Part shown: positions 14,144 through 23,939 of the stretch, piece after piece | Layout: each line of letters starts with the position of its first letter | Position numbering within the stretch: position 1 is the first letter of the stretch | NCBI GenBank assembly: GCA_964369755.1 | Contig: CAYJFY010000020.1 | Location: 1,408-25,407 of the forward strand | Source of the DNA: an uncultured Lachnospiraceae bacterium | Lineage (GTDB): Bacteria > Bacillota > Clostridia > Lachnospirales > Lachnospiraceae | DNA length: 24,000 nt | Reading direction: 5' to 3' | Position numbers and translations under genes: made by a program | Notes under the pieces: model-generated | What the model was told of the DNA's origin: nothing | The model's database searches: none | The model's input: only the letters and a program-made list of their open reading frames with translations

Positions 14144-15541
14144 ATGAATAAATTTGTGAATCGAATATCAGAACTCAATACTCTGAATTCTGAGTACGAA
14201 AGTAAACAATCTAATTTTGTTGTCATTTATGGTCGTCGTAGGGTTGGAAAAACATCATTGATTACAGAGTTTTTGAAGGACAAAGAAGATAGCATTTATT
14301 TTCTGGCTACAGAAGAATCGGAGAAACAAAATTTAAAAGGTTTTAGAAATCTTGTGGCTGATTATTTAGGGAATGAGCTTTTGAAGTCTGCGGACGTAGA
14401 GTGGTCAACGGTGTTTGAATATTTAGAAAAGTATCAATCCAATAGTAAACAGGTTATTGTTATTGATGAGTTCCAATATATTGGACAATCCAATCCTGCC
14501 TTTCCATCCGTGGTTCAAAAAATATGGGATACTCTGTTGAAAGATAGCAATATAATGATGATTATCTGTGGATCCTATATTTCTCTGATGAAGTCCCAAG
14601 CACTTAACTATTCAAGTCCTTTGTATGGGAGAAGAACGGCACAGATTAAGTTGAAACAAGTAGAATTTAAACATTATAATGAATTTTATCAAAACAAGTC
14701 TAATGAAGAACTGATTCCATTCTATGCGGTAACAGGAGGAGTTCCCAAGTATATTGAAATGCTCAGTGACCATGATGATGTGTATCGTGCGATAGAGAAA
14801 AATATTCTAGATAAGCAAAGTTTCTTGTATGAGGAACCTTATTTTCTGTTACAGAAAGAGGTAAATGAAATTGGGAGTTATTTCACACTGATTAAGGCTA
14901 TCGCTTTCGGCAATCATAAGCTTTCTGATATTTCAGCTGAAATGGGGGTGAAAGCCACAGGTATTACAAAATATCTGAAAGTTTTAATGGATTTAGATCT
15001 TGTGGTAAGAGAGGTACCGATTACGGAATCCAATCCAGAAAAATCAAAAAAAGGATTATATAAGTTGACGGATAACTATATAGCATTTTGGTTTAAATTC
15101 GTATACCCTTATCGAGTTTTTCTAGAAAGGGGGGAGAAGGATTTTGTTTTAAATAAGATGAAAGAAGGATTTGTTCAGAATTATGTATCCTATGTATATG
15201 AAGATATCGCAAGAGAGAAGATGTGGGCACTAAATATAGCGGGAACGTGGGGATTCAACTTCGATAAATTAGGTCGATATTGGGGGAATAAACTAGGTGA
15301 AGTAGATATTGTAGCAATTGATAGCATCGAGAAAAATTTGATTGTAGGGGAATGCAAATATACAAAATCTGAAAAGGGATTGAATGTACTTCACGCATTA
15401 GAAGAAAAAGGCGAGGTATTAAGAAAACTCACAAAATCTAAAAATGTAGAATATATTCTCTTCAGCACAGGTGGATTTACAAAAGGACTTTTAGATGTAG
15501 CGGAACAAAATCCCAAAATAAAACTTATTGATAAGCTGTGA
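14144..15541 (+). CDS. ATP-binding protein: P-loop ATPase (archaeal-ATPase/ATPase_2-like) + winged-helix + C-terminal DUF234-type PD-(D/E)xK nuclease-like domain
   Basis: The N-terminus FVNRISELNTLNSEY...FVVIYGRRRVGKTSL contains Walker A, and Walker B is VIVIDEFQY. The wHTH-like region is LSDISAEMGVKATGITKYLKVLMDLDLVVRE. The C-terminal GEVDIVAIDS...LIVGECKY fits a D...ExK nuclease signature. Confidence 0.8.
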   Translation: MNKFVNRISELNTLNSEYESKQSNFVVIYGRRRVGKTSLITEFLKDKEDSIYFLATEESEKQNLKGFRNLVADYLGNELLKSADVEWSTVFEYLEKYQSNSKQVIVIDEFQYIGQSNPAFPSVVQKIWDTLLKDSNIMMIICGSYISLMKSQALNYSSPLYGRRTAQIKLKQVEFKHYNEFYQNKSNEELIPFYAVTGGVPKYIEMLSDHDDVYRAIEKNILDKQSFLYEEPYFLLQKEVNEIGSYFTLIKAIAFGNHKLSDISAEMGVKATGITKYLKVLMDLDLVVREVPITESNPEKSKKGLYKLTDNYIAFWFKFVYPYRVFLERGEKDFVLNKMKEGFVQNYVSYVYEDIAREKMWALNIAGTWGFNFDKLGRYWGNKLGEVDIVAIDSIEKNLIVGECKYTKSEKGLNVLHALEEKGEVLRKLTKSKNVEYILFSTGGFTKGLLDVAEQNPKIKLIDKL

Positions 15542-15611
15542 AGAAAGCGATATACTAAAGAAAAGATTCTAGAACATACCAGTAGAAAAGTACTGACAGG
15601 GGGTAGCATCC

Positions 15612-17561
15612 ATGGGAAGCTCGGGAAAGAACAAAAGAAAAAATATATTAGGAAAATTTTCAACCAAACTAGAGTATAAGATTGCACTTGTGGTCTTTGT
15701 GTGTTTATTCGTCGTTTTGGGAGCTATTCAAGTGATGAATAGCATTGCTTCATCGAACACAGTTCATTATATTTATGATGAGATTGCGACGAAGAACGTA
15801 TCTGCTTTCGAGATTTATTTTGAAGAGGAAAAAGATCATTTAAATCTAATTAACCAATTATTGGTGAGCGGGGAAGATGTAGGGGCGATTGCAGAAGAGG
15901 AACATATCAATGTATTTACGGTTGACTCGAAGGGAAATACAACACACAATCAGTCAAAGTACGATTCCATTGACCAGATTCTGGATTTAGAGAAGCCTTA
16001 TATCAAGGATGTTGATTTTTTCAATGATATTGTGAAGATGGAGAATGGAGAGATTGGCATTCTCAATATACAGGTTGGGGCTGGCGGTGAGAGGTCTGTC
16101 TTGTTTCTGTCTTTTGCAGATTTTACGAAGTTAGAAGAGTTGAAGGATTTTACAGGAGCAGACTTTACCATCTTCAATGGGGATACTAGGATGGCAACTA
16201 CGGTATATGACTCAGAAGGGAATTCGGCGGTAGGAACGAAGATTTCAGAAGGACCGTATCAGACGGTGTTTGTGGAAGACAGTGTTTATAGAGGTAGTGC
16301 TGTGGTAAATGGTATGGACTATATCACAAGTTATACGCCACTGAAGGATTATGAAGGACAAACCATAGGGGCAATCTTCTCAGGATATCCGATTAGTGAA
16401 GTACAAGTGAGAAATAATGAGGCGACTTTGACTACTACAATCATTGCGATTGTATTGTTTATATTGATTGTATTTGTCCTTAATTTTGCAGTTCGAAAGA
16501 TTATGATTAAACCGATCAAGAATCTTGTGTCTGTATCAGAAGACATTAGTAAGGGTAATTTAGATATATTGATTGAAAATCATTCACAGGATGAAATTGG
16601 ACAGTTATGCAATTCGTTTCGTGTGATGACAGAGTCTATTCATATGATTATCTATGATGTGACGAATATCCTGTCTGAGATGGGGGATAAGAATTTTACC
16701 GTGGATAGCATCTGTGGCAGTGAGGCTTATGTTGGAGAATATTATGCAATCTATGAATCCATCCAGAGAATAAAGGGGAATTTATCAGAAGCTCTAAGGG
16801 AAATCGATGTTCGTGCGCTACAATTTAGCAATGCAACGGATCAGATGAGTCAAGGAGCACAGTATTTAAGCCATGGAGCGATTCAACAGAGTGCTGCCAT
16901 TGATAAGTTGAGTGGAACCATGGAAGAGATTGTGACTATGGTGAATGAGACTTCTGATTTTACGAGAAATATTGATAAAGCATTTGATGATACGATGACT
17001 GATATTGTAGATGGAAAAGACCAGATGCAGAAATTGATTACTGCGATGGATGAAATTGATACCAAGTCAGTGGAGATAAAGAAAATTATCAGCACCATTG
17101 ATAATATTGCATTCCAAACCAATATCTTGGCTCTGAATGCAGCGGTAGAGGCGGCAAGAGCAGGTATGGCAGGAAAGGGATTTTCGGTGGTTGCAGATGA
17201 AATCAGAAATCTAGCAAAGAAATCAGCCGACGCAGCAAGAACGACTGCGGAATTAATCAGTGGAACAATCGATGCGGTTGAAACAGGAACCAAAATTGCA
17301 CATACAACTTCCTCTACCTTCGAAGTAATCGTGGATAAAACGAACTACATAGAAAGTAATATTAAGTCTATTGCACAGGCAAGTGAGCGGCAATCAGGTG
17401 CAATTCAGGAGACAAGGGATGGGTTTAGTCAAATCTCAGAAGTAATACAAAATAACAGTGCAACAGCAGAGGAGAGTGCGGCTTCTTGTGAAGAATTAGC
17501 GAGTGAATCTGCATTACTGAAGGAAATGGTTTTATCATTCAAATTAAGCGATAAGGAATAA
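15612..17561 (+). CDS. Methyl-accepting chemotaxis protein (TM, Cache-like extracellular domain, TM, HAMP, MCP signalling domain)
   Basis: TM1 is [16 protein letters not shown]. The ligand-binding region is about 240 aa ([25 protein letters not shown]). TM2 is [18 protein letters not shown]. The HAMP region reads [18 protein letters not shown]...[13 protein letters not shown]. The highly conserved hairpin is [20 protein letters not shown]. Confidence 0.9.
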   Translation: MGSSGKNKRKNILGKFSTKLEYKIALVVFVCLFVVLGAIQVMNSIASSNTVHYIYDEIATKNVSAFEIYFEEEKDHLNLINQLLVSGEDVGAIAEEEHINVFTVDSKGNTTHNQSKYDSIDQILDLEKPYIKDVDFFNDIVKMENGEIGILNIQVGAGGERSVLFLSFADFTKLEELKDFTGADFTIFNGDTRMATTVYDSEGNSAVGTKISEGPYQTVFVEDSVYRGSAVVNGMDYITSYTPLKDYEGQTIGAIFSGYPISEVQVRNNEATLTTTIIAIVLFILIVFVLNFAVRKIMIKPIKNLVSVSEDISKGNLDILIENHSQDEIGQLCNSFRVMTESIHMIIYDVTNILSEMGDKNFTVDSICGSEAYVGEYYAIYESIQRIKGNLSEALREIDVRALQFSNATDQMSQGAQYLSHGAIQQSAAIDKLSGTMEEIVTMVNETSDFTRNIDKAFDDTMTDIVDGKDQMQKLITAMDEIDTKSVEIKKIISTIDNIAFQTNILALNAAVEAARAGMAGKGFSVVADEIRNLAKKSADAARTTAELISGTIDAVETGTKIAHTTSSTFEVIVDKTNYIESNIKSIAQASERQSGAIQETRDGFSQISEVIQNNSATAEESAASCEELASESALLKEMVLSFKLSDKE

Positions 17562-17571
17562 GTGGAGTTCT

Positions 17572-18615
17572 ATGAATAAGACAATAGCAGTAGCTTTAAG
17601 CGGTGGTGTAGATAGTGCGACCACCGCTTATCTTTTAAAAAACAAAGGACATGAGGTATTTGGAATCACGATGAAAGTACATGATTCTTCGGAAGTAAAT
17701 GAGGCGAAGAAGGTGGCAGACATTCTAGGGATTAGGCATTATGTGGTGGATTACAGAGATTACTTTCAGAAAGAAATTATCCAGAAGTTCGTTGATATGT
17801 ATCTGCAAGGAGAAACACCCAATCCTTGTGTTATGTGTAATCAAAAATTAAAATATGGAAAACTATTAGAAGATGCGATGGCACTTGGTGCAGATGCAAT
17901 GGCGCTAGGACACTATGCTTCGATTTTTCTAGAAGAAGATGGTTGTTATCACTTGCGTAAAGCGTCTGCAGAGAGGAAGGATCAGTCTTATGTGTTGTAT
18001 CATCTCCGTCAGAAACAGTTGGAACGGGTTATCTTACCGCTCAATGACTTTCAGAGCAAAGAGGATGTGAGAGAGATTTTAGCTAAAGAAGGTTTAGAAA
18101 TTGCGAAGAAGAAAGATAGTGTTGGAATCTGTTTCACGGAAGGGAAATCGGTAGAGATATTTATAAAAGAACAAATACCAGAGTGCATAGGGGAAGGGAA
18201 CTTTGTTGATTGTAAAGGAAATGTTTTAGGAAAGCACAGAGGAATTTTTGCTTATACCATTGGGCAGAAGCGTGGACTGAATATTGCAGATAAGCACACG
18301 TACTTCGTTCGTGAAATTCGGTCAAAGACCAATGAAGTTGTTTTAACAAAAGATGAAAATGAGTTATACAAAAATGAAGTGAAACTTACAGAAATCAGTT
18401 TTACTAACGAGAAATATTACCAGAAAGATAGGATGCGTGTAGCTGTGAAGATGTTTCAATGGGGCTATGAACTTTTAGCAACCTTACGTATGGAAGGAGA
18501 GAGTGGAAGGATTATTTTTGATCAGCCAGAGAGAGCCCCTACAAAGGGGCAAATTGCGGTTTTTTATATTAACGATGAAGTAATTGGTGGTGGAAGGGTT
18601 TGTGATTGTTTTTGA
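17572..18615 (+). CDS. mnmA: tRNA 2-thiouridine(34) synthase
   Basis: The PP-loop is VALSGGVDSATTA. The catalytic cysteine context is TPNPCVMCNQKLKYGKL. Other family strings are DQSYVLY and GICF. The length of 347 aa is typical. Confidence 0.9.
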   Translation: MNKTIAVALSGGVDSATTAYLLKNKGHEVFGITMKVHDSSEVNEAKKVADILGIRHYVVDYRDYFQKEIIQKFVDMYLQGETPNPCVMCNQKLKYGKLLEDAMALGADAMALGHYASIFLEEDGCYHLRKASAERKDQSYVLYHLRQKQLERVILPLNDFQSKEDVREILAKEGLEIAKKKDSVGICFTEGKSVEIFIKEQIPECIGEGNFVDCKGNVLGKHRGIFAYTIGQKRGLNIADKHTYFVREIRSKTNEVVLTKDENELYKNEVKLTEISFTNEKYYQKDRMRVAVKMFQWGYELLATLRMEGESGRIIFDQPERAPTKGQIAVFYINDEVIGGGRVCDCF

Positions 18616-18638
18616 TATGTGAGAACTTATTCCCTTGT

Positions 18639-19814
18639 TTAAATATCATCGTAGCAAACACTACGATTACGGCCGATTTGCTTTGCGTGATATAATGCCT
18701 TATCTGCTCTTGCTAGTAAATCATCACTTTTTGTAGAAGAATCTGGTATCATAGAATGAATTCCACAACTACAGGTAACAACGGAATTTGTAGAATGGTT
18801 AAACAAATTTAAGTCAGAAACTGCTTGGTTGATCGTATCTGCGATATCTTTTGCGCTCTCTGTATCTAATCCGGGTAATAGTACAGCGAATTCTTCGCCA
18901 CCATAACGAAATACGCTATCAGAAGAACGTCGTAATGCTGAATTGATTGTTGTAGATATTTTTTTTAGACATTCGTCTCCTTCTAAATGTCCATAATAAT
19001 CGTTGTATAACTTAAAGTAGTCGATATCGATGAAAATCATGGCAATTTGGCTATGAGCAGATAACGCTTGATGCCAAAGGACATGCAATAACATGTCAAA
19101 AGAACGGCGATTCAACACACCGGTTAATGCATCAGTCATAGCAACAGATTCAAGTTCTTTGTTTTGTATTTCTAATTCCATATTAGCAATTTGTAAGTTA
19201 GTTGTCGCTTTCTCAAGTTCTTTCTTTTGTATGAATTTTTCTACTCTTGAGTTATAAAGAGTTAGGTTCGTGGCACAACAGATGATCGTGAGAAATAAGC
19301 AATTTAACAGGTTTCCAATAAATATACTTTCGGTGATATCAAGGAATAAGGTTGATACAACTAATATAATATTGCCTAGGATGATTAATGATTGAGATAA
19401 AAGTAATTTCAAATGAACTACGGTAACAATGATAAAAGTTGCAACGATAAACACGGTGGTTTGTGGGAATTCACCCTCTAATTCATTCACTGACATGAAA
19501 ATAGCAGCAGCTAAGATTGTAATTGTAACAAGAGTATCCGTAATTGGTTGGATTGGTTCTAATTTCGATTTTTCTTTGAAATAATAAAATCCAGAAAACA
19601 GCAAGGATACGATGCATACAGTAACATAGATGAAAAAATATATTTTTGTAAATAAATCACTCTGATACCGCGTGTATTGAATTAGTATAATCATGAATTC
19701 AACAATAGCCAATGCAAGTAGTGCAGGTCTGAATAGTTTCGCGTTATGCCTAGAGCATTGGATGTTGAATTCTTCTTTTAGTTGCTGTGGAACATTATTT
19801 ATTGTTAATTTCAT
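18639..19814 (-). CDS. Membrane-anchored diguanylate cyclase (multi-TM N-terminal region, coiled coil, GGDEF domain with I-site)
   Basis: The active site is RYGGEEF. An RxxD I-site (RSSD) lies 5 residues upstream. DALTGVLNRR opens the domain. There are about 5-6 N-terminal hydrophobic helices and a heptad-like linker (LEKATTNLQIANMELEIQNKELE). Confidence 0.9.
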   Translation of the reverse strand: MKLTINNVPQQLKEEFNIQCSRHNAKLFRPALLALAIVEFMIILIQYTRYQSDLFTKIYFFIYVTVCIVSLLFSGFYYFKEKSKLEPIQPITDTLVTITILAAAIFMSVNELEGEFPQTTVFIVATFIIVTVVHLKLLLSQSLIILGNIILVVSTLFLDITESIFIGNLLNCLFLTIICCATNLTLYNSRVEKFIQKKELEKATTNLQIANMELEIQNKELESVAMTDALTGVLNRRSFDMLLHVLWHQALSAHSQIAMIFIDIDYFKLYNDYYGHLEGDECLKKISTTINSALRRSSDSVFRYGGEEFAVLLPGLDTESAKDIADTINQAVSDLNLFNHSTNSVVTCSCGIHSMIPDSSTKSDDLLARADKALYHAKQIGRNRSVCYDDI

Positions 19815-20003
19815 ATTGTATTTTCTCCTAAGACGATATTTATCACGTTAATCATTCTAACATTTTATATCGTCAACTATCAAGAAAAATTTATTTTAAG
19901 TACATGTATGATTTGTGAGAAGGATTTCTACTTGTATTTTTCAATGAAAAATGTATAATTATAAGCAATGCACAAAATTAGAAGGAGTGGCGGTCGATAG
20001 CCA

Positions 20004-20879
20004 ATGATGGAAGGGATGACAAGGGAACATAAAAAATATTTAATGTATGTGCATGTGGCAATGATTCTATTGGGATTATCTGGTGTGTTGGGGAAGTATG
20101 TAACTGTTCCAGCGATTATGATAACATTTGGACGAGTTGTTTCGTCTGTAGCGGTGTTGCTGCCCATTGCACTTGTGAAGAAGGAAAACTTGAGACTAGC
20201 AAGTAAGAAGCATTATCTTCTAGTGTTGTTAGGAGGTATCTTGGTTTCTATTCACTGGATTGCATTTTTTCAGTCGATTCAGATGTCGACGGTGGCGATT
20301 GGGGTAATTTCTTTTTCTACCTATCCATTGTTTCTGACATTCTTAGAGCCGATTGTGTATAGAGAGAAGCTTCAGCTTAAAAATGTAGGGATTGCCTGCT
20401 GTCTCTTGCTAGGTGTTGCGATAACAGTACCAGAATTTACCATGAGCAATGAGGTGACGGTAGGGATTTTATGGGGCGTGCTATCTGGATTTGTTTATGC
20501 AATTCTAGCCCTGCTAAATCGATTTTTGACACAGGAGCATACAGGGCGAGTGATTTGCATTTATCAGCACGGTACGGCAATCCTTTTCTTGTTTCCATTT
20601 GTGTTGACTATGAATGTTGCGTGGACTATGCAAGACCTGATAGGGGTTGGATTACTGGGTGTTGTCTGCACTGCATTTGCAATGACTTTATATGTGAGTT
20701 CACAAAAACATCTAAAGGCACAGACTGTTGGTGTGATTACCACATTGGAAACGGTCTATGGTATCGTGTTCGCATTGGTTTTACTTGGAGAGTATCCCAG
20801 TGGGAATGAAATAATTGGAGGAATAGTGATTGTAGGAATAGCAATCTATACTTCCGTCAAAGATAGGAGTATCATGTGA
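20004..20879 (+). CDS. EamA/DMT-superfamily transporter (10-TM type)
   Basis: The 291-aa protein is hydrophobic throughout and shows a two-fold EamA-like repeat pattern. The start is uncertain (ATG 20004 or 20007) and the nearest AGGAG is 17 nt upstream. Confidence 0.75.
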   Translation: MMEGMTREHKKYLMYVHVAMILLGLSGVLGKYVTVPAIMITFGRVVSSVAVLLPIALVKKENLRLASKKHYLLVLLGGILVSIHWIAFFQSIQMSTVAIGVISFSTYPLFLTFLEPIVYREKLQLKNVGIACCLLLGVAITVPEFTMSNEVTVGILWGVLSGFVYAILALLNRFLTQEHTGRVICIYQHGTAILFLFPFVLTMNVAWTMQDLIGVGLLGVVCTAFAMTLYVSSQKHLKAQTVGVITTLETVYGIVFALVLLGEYPSGNEIIGGIVIVGIAIYTSVKDRSIM

Positions 20880-22105
20880 AAAAAATAATAATAATCGGTG
20901 GTGGTGCCGCAGGGATGCTTGCAGCAATTATGGTTGCGAGGCAAGGACATCAAGTACATGTATATGAAAAAAATGAAAAATTAGGAAAAAAACTATTTAT
21001 TACAGGCAAAGGGAGATGTAATATTACTAATGCTTGTGATATAGAGGAGTTGTTCCCGGCAATCATGTCTAATTCCAAATTTTTGTATAGTGCATTTTAC
21101 TCATTTACCAATGAACAAGTCATTGATTTTTTCAATGAGCTAGGTGTTCCGACGAAGATTGAACGCGGAAATCGTGTATTTCCAACCTCCGATCATTCTT
21201 CGGATGTAATCTATGCGATGACTAGGGAGATGAAGCGACTTGGAGTTGTGGTGCATTACAAGTGTCCTGTAGTTAAAGTATTATCCAGCAATGGCGCGTT
21301 TCAAAATGTGGAACTATTAAATGGTGAGCGTGTTTCGGGAGATGCTTGTATCATTGCGACAGGAGGCTGTAGTTATACCACAACAGGGTCCACGGGAGAT
21401 GGATATCAGTTTGCTGAGAAACTTGGACATAAGCTAGTTTCCCGTTATCCTTCCTTAGTACCGTTAGAAGTTAAGGAATGGTATGCGAAGGATTTGCAAG
21501 GGCTTTCTCTAAAAAATGTACAGGTTACAATCAAAGATGGGAAGAAAGTATTTTATCAGAATCAAGGAGAGATGTTGTTTACCCATTTTGGAGTCAGTGG
21601 ACCATTGATATTGAGTGGAAGTGCATATGTTTCACACGTGTTAGAAAAACAGTCGTTGCAATTATCCATTGACTTGAAGCCAGCATTATCCTTTGACCAA
21701 TTGGATAAACGTGTGTTAAGGGATTTTGAAGAGTGTAAGAATAAACAGTTCAAAAATTCCTTGAGTAAATTATTGCCGAGTAAGCTACAGGAGACAATCA
21801 TTGAGTTGTCTAAGATACCAAGTGATAAGAAGGTTCATGAGATTACGAAGGAAGAGAGACAGGGCTTTGTTCAGTTGCTAAAAGATTTTTCTATGGAGCT
21901 AACGGGAACACGTGGGTTTAAAGAAGCGATTATTACAAAAGGTGGAGTTGCTGTTTCAGAGATTAATCCCTCTACGATGGAGTCAAAGAAAGTGGAATCA
22001 CTTTATTTTGTGGGGGAAGTATTGGATTTAGATGCGTTGACTGGAGGGTATAACCTTCAAATCGCTTGGTCGACAGCATATCTAGCAGCAATCAGTATTA
22101 TATAA
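20876..22105 (+). CDS. NAD(P)/FAD-dependent oxidoreductase, HI0933/BaiN-like flavoprotein family
   Basis: The Rossmann dinucleotide motif is IIIIGGGAAGMLAA. GKGRCNITN is typical of the HI0933 family. The C-terminal region reads LYFVGEVLDLDALTGGYNLQIAWSTAY. GTG 20876 overlaps the upstream TGA stop (GTGA). Confidence 0.85.
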   Translation: MKKIIIIGGGAAGMLAAIMVARQGHQVHVYEKNEKLGKKLFITGKGRCNITNACDIEELFPAIMSNSKFLYSAFYSFTNEQVIDFFNELGVPTKIERGNRVFPTSDHSSDVIYAMTREMKRLGVVVHYKCPVVKVLSSNGAFQNVELLNGERVSGDACIIATGGCSYTTTGSTGDGYQFAEKLGHKLVSRYPSLVPLEVKEWYAKDLQGLSLKNVQVTIKDGKKVFYQNQGEMLFTHFGVSGPLILSGSAYVSHVLEKQSLQLSIDLKPALSFDQLDKRVLRDFEECKNKQFKNSLSKLLPSKLQETIIELSKIPSDKKVHEITKEERQGFVQLLKDFSMELTGTRGFKEAIITKGGVAVSEINPSTMESKKVESLYFVGEVLDLDALTGGYNLQIAWSTAYLAAISII

Positions 22106-22123
22106 TTAGGAATGGAGATTAAA

Positions 22124-22789
22124 ATGGGATTTAATATTGCAATCGATGGACCTGCTGGAGCAGGGAAGAGCACTATTGCTAAATTAGTAGCAAAAGAAAA
22201 GGGATTTATTTATGTAGATACTGGAGCACTGTATCGTGCCATGGCGGTGTATCATATTCAGAATCAAACAGAGGTGGATGATGAGGAGAAGGTTACGGTC
22301 GCAAATAAAGGGGCGAAAGTTTCTCTGCACTATGTAGATGGACAGCAGAGAGTTTTTCTCAATGATGAAGATATTACTCAAGAATTACGACAAGAAGAAG
22401 TAGGAAATATGGCTTCGAAAATAGCAGCGATTCCAAGTGTTAGGGCGCAGTTGTTATCTCTACAAAAAGATATTGCAAGAGAAAATGATGTGGTGATGGA
22501 TGGAAGAGATATTGGAACTCAAGTTTTACCTAAGGCAGATGTAAAAATCTATCTGACGGCAAGTTCACAAGCAAGAGCAGAGCGAAGATATCTCGAGTTG
22601 AAAGAAAAGGGACTTGGTACAGAGATTGAAGAAATTAAAAGGGATATCGAAGAAAGAGACCAACGTGATATGACTCGTGAAACTGCTCCGCTAAAACAAG
22701 CAGAGGATGCAATCTTAGTAGATTCCTCAGATATGAGTATTGCAGAGGTCGTGTCTGCAATATTAGAAGCGTGTAATGGGAAGAGATAG
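22124..22789 (+). CDS. cmk: Cytidylate kinase
   Basis: The P-loop is IAIDGPAGAGKST. Other family strings are DTGALYRA and MDGRDIGTQVLP. ATG 22124 is 6 nt after a GGAG, although the ORF track begins at 22112. Confidence 0.9.
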   Translation: MGFNIAIDGPAGAGKSTIAKLVAKEKGFIYVDTGALYRAMAVYHIQNQTEVDDEEKVTVANKGAKVSLHYVDGQQRVFLNDEDITQELRQEEVGNMASKIAAIPSVRAQLLSLQKDIARENDVVMDGRDIGTQVLPKADVKIYLTASSQARAERRYLELKEKGLGTEIEEIKRDIEERDQRDMTRETAPLKQAEDAILVDSSDMSIAEVVSAILEACNGKR

Positions 22790-22810
22790 CGTGCATTCTG
22801 TCAGAAAGGG

Positions 22811-23677
22811 ATGGTGATGCAAATGAAGGTGATTACTGCAAAGACAGCTGGGTTTTGTTTTGGAGTAAAACGTGCGGTTGATATGGTTTATGAACAAGCA
22901 GCGAAATCAGAAAATGGACAGGTGTATACTTATGGTCCAATCATTCATAATGAAGAGGTGAATAAGGATTTAGGACGATTGGGTGTGAAGATTCTGAATT
23001 CGATTGAAGAGTTAAAAGCATTGAAATCCGGTACGGTAGTGATTCGATCTCATGGAGTTGCAAAAGAAGTTTATGACATTCTAGAGGAAAAGAAGATTGC
23101 ATATGTAGATGCTACTTGTCCATTTGTGAAGAAGATTCATAAGATTGTAATTGAGAGGAGTAGTGCTGGGGATCAAATCGTTGTAGTTGGGAATCCGGAG
23201 CATCCAGAAGTGATAGGAATTGTGGGCTGGTCCCCTGTTCCTGTAAAAGTTGTACAATCTATACAAAATGCGATGGATATAGGGTTAGATTATAGTAAAA
23301 AGGTAAGTGTTGTTTCTCAAACGACATTTAATTACAATAAATTTCAAGATATAGTTGAAATTATATTCAAAAAGAGTTATGATGTAAGTGTTTTAAATAC
23401 AATTTGTAATGCGACGAAGGACAGACAGCTAGAAGCAGAGGATATAGCGAACCGAGTGGACGCTATGATTGTGATTGGCGATGTCCATAGTTCAAACACA
23501 CAAAAGCTATTTGAAATATGCGAAAATGCATGTGAAAATACGTACTATATACAAACTTTAAAAGATTTAGATACAAGTCAGTTAGAGTCAATGGAGACAG
23601 TAGGTATTACAGCAGGGGCGTCTACGCCAAATAATATAATTGAGGAGGTTCAAATTAATGTCAGAGTTAACTTTTGA
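22811..23677 (+). CDS. ispH: 4-hydroxy-3-methylbut-2-enyl diphosphate reductase (IspH/LytB)
   Basis: Family strings are GFCFGVKRAV, IIHN, RSHGV, DATCPFV, VVGNPEHPEV, SQTT, ICNAT, IVIGDVHSSNTQKL and GITAGASTP. Three in-frame ATGs are available (22811, 22817, 22823), so the exact start is uncertain. Confidence 0.9.
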   Translation: MVMQMKVITAKTAGFCFGVKRAVDMVYEQAAKSENGQVYTYGPIIHNEEVNKDLGRLGVKILNSIEELKALKSGTVVIRSHGVAKEVYDILEEKKIAYVDATCPFVKKIHKIVIERSSAGDQIVVVGNPEHPEVIGIVGWSPVPVKVVQSIQNAMDIGLDYSKKVSVVSQTTFNYNKFQDIVEIIFKKSYDVSVLNTICNATKDRQLEAEDIANRVDAMIVIGDVHSSNTQKLFEICENACENTYYIQTLKDLDTSQLESMETVGITAGASTPNNIIEEVQINVRVNF

Positions 23678-23939
23678 ACAAATGTTAGAAGAATCACTGA
23701 AAACAATTCGTAACGGGGAGGTTGTCGATGGTACAGTAATCGATGTGAAAACAGATGAAATCGTGCTAAATATCGGATATAAGGCAGATGGAATCATTTC
23801 TCGCAATGAATATTCAAACGATTCTAATATCGACTTGACTGCAGTAGTATCTGTTGGTGACGTGATGACTGTAAAAGTTATGAAGGTAAATGACGGAGAT
23901 GGTCAAGTTTTATTAAGCTATATAAAAGTAATATCTTAA
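23658..23939 (+). CDS. rpsA: 30S ribosomal protein S1, first S1 domain; the frame is interrupted by an in-frame TAA at 23937-23939, and S1-like sequence continues to the window end
   Basis: ATG 23658 is 9 nt after a GAGGAGG RBS. The first S1 domain reads GEVVDGTVIDVKTDEIVLNIGYKADGIISRNEY...VGDVMTVKVMKVNDGDGQVLLSY. After the TAA the same frame reads KGNEKLREAFENKQVLKAKV (23940-23999), the expected inter-domain continuation of S1. The cmk-ispH-rpsA synteny is typical of Clostridia. Confidence 0.75.
   Translation: MSELTFEQMLEESLKTIRNGEVVDGTVIDVKTDEIVLNIGYKADGIISRNEYSNDSNIDLTAVVSVGDVMTVKVMKVNDGDGQVLLSYIKVIS

Noticed and set aside
19815-20003. Riboswitch or other structured leader in the 189-nt divergent intergenic region between the GGDEF and EamA genes
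   Set aside because: I could not recognise any conserved riboswitch core or extended stem. The region looks like ordinary AT-rich divergent promoter DNA (a TATAAT is present around 19965-19970).
20471-20809. Same-strand alternative-frame ORFs (20471-20809 inside the EamA gene, and also 21478-21672 inside the flavoprotein gene)
   Set aside because: They are embedded in the wrong frame of genes whose main frame gives coherent TM or Rossmann-fold proteins. The translations are Cys/Trp/Arg-rich and look non-biological.
23640-23677. Bifunctional ispH-rpsA fusion, as annotated in many Clostridia
   Set aside because: Here ispH ends at TGA 23675-23677 in a different frame from rpsA. The rpsA gene has its own GAGGAGG RBS and ATG at 23658, so the two genes overlap by 20 nt and are not fused.
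1794-23806. Antisense ORFs of 61-136 aa inside well-supported genes (1794-2078, 3329-3517, 3857-4087, 4080-4340, 4640-4888, 5574-5894, 7293-7499, 9441-9665, 10095-10280, 10935-11297, 11626-11850, 12153-12347, 15391-15687, 16349-16546, 16883-17293, 18161-18349, 19928-20167, 21562-21801, 22184-22381, 23081-23266, 23588-23806)
   Set aside because: All lie antisense to (or straddle) genes with strong motif support. Their translations are low-complexity (F/I/S/L-rich), they lack RBSs and they show no recognisable domains. This is the expected by-product of AT-rich sequence.
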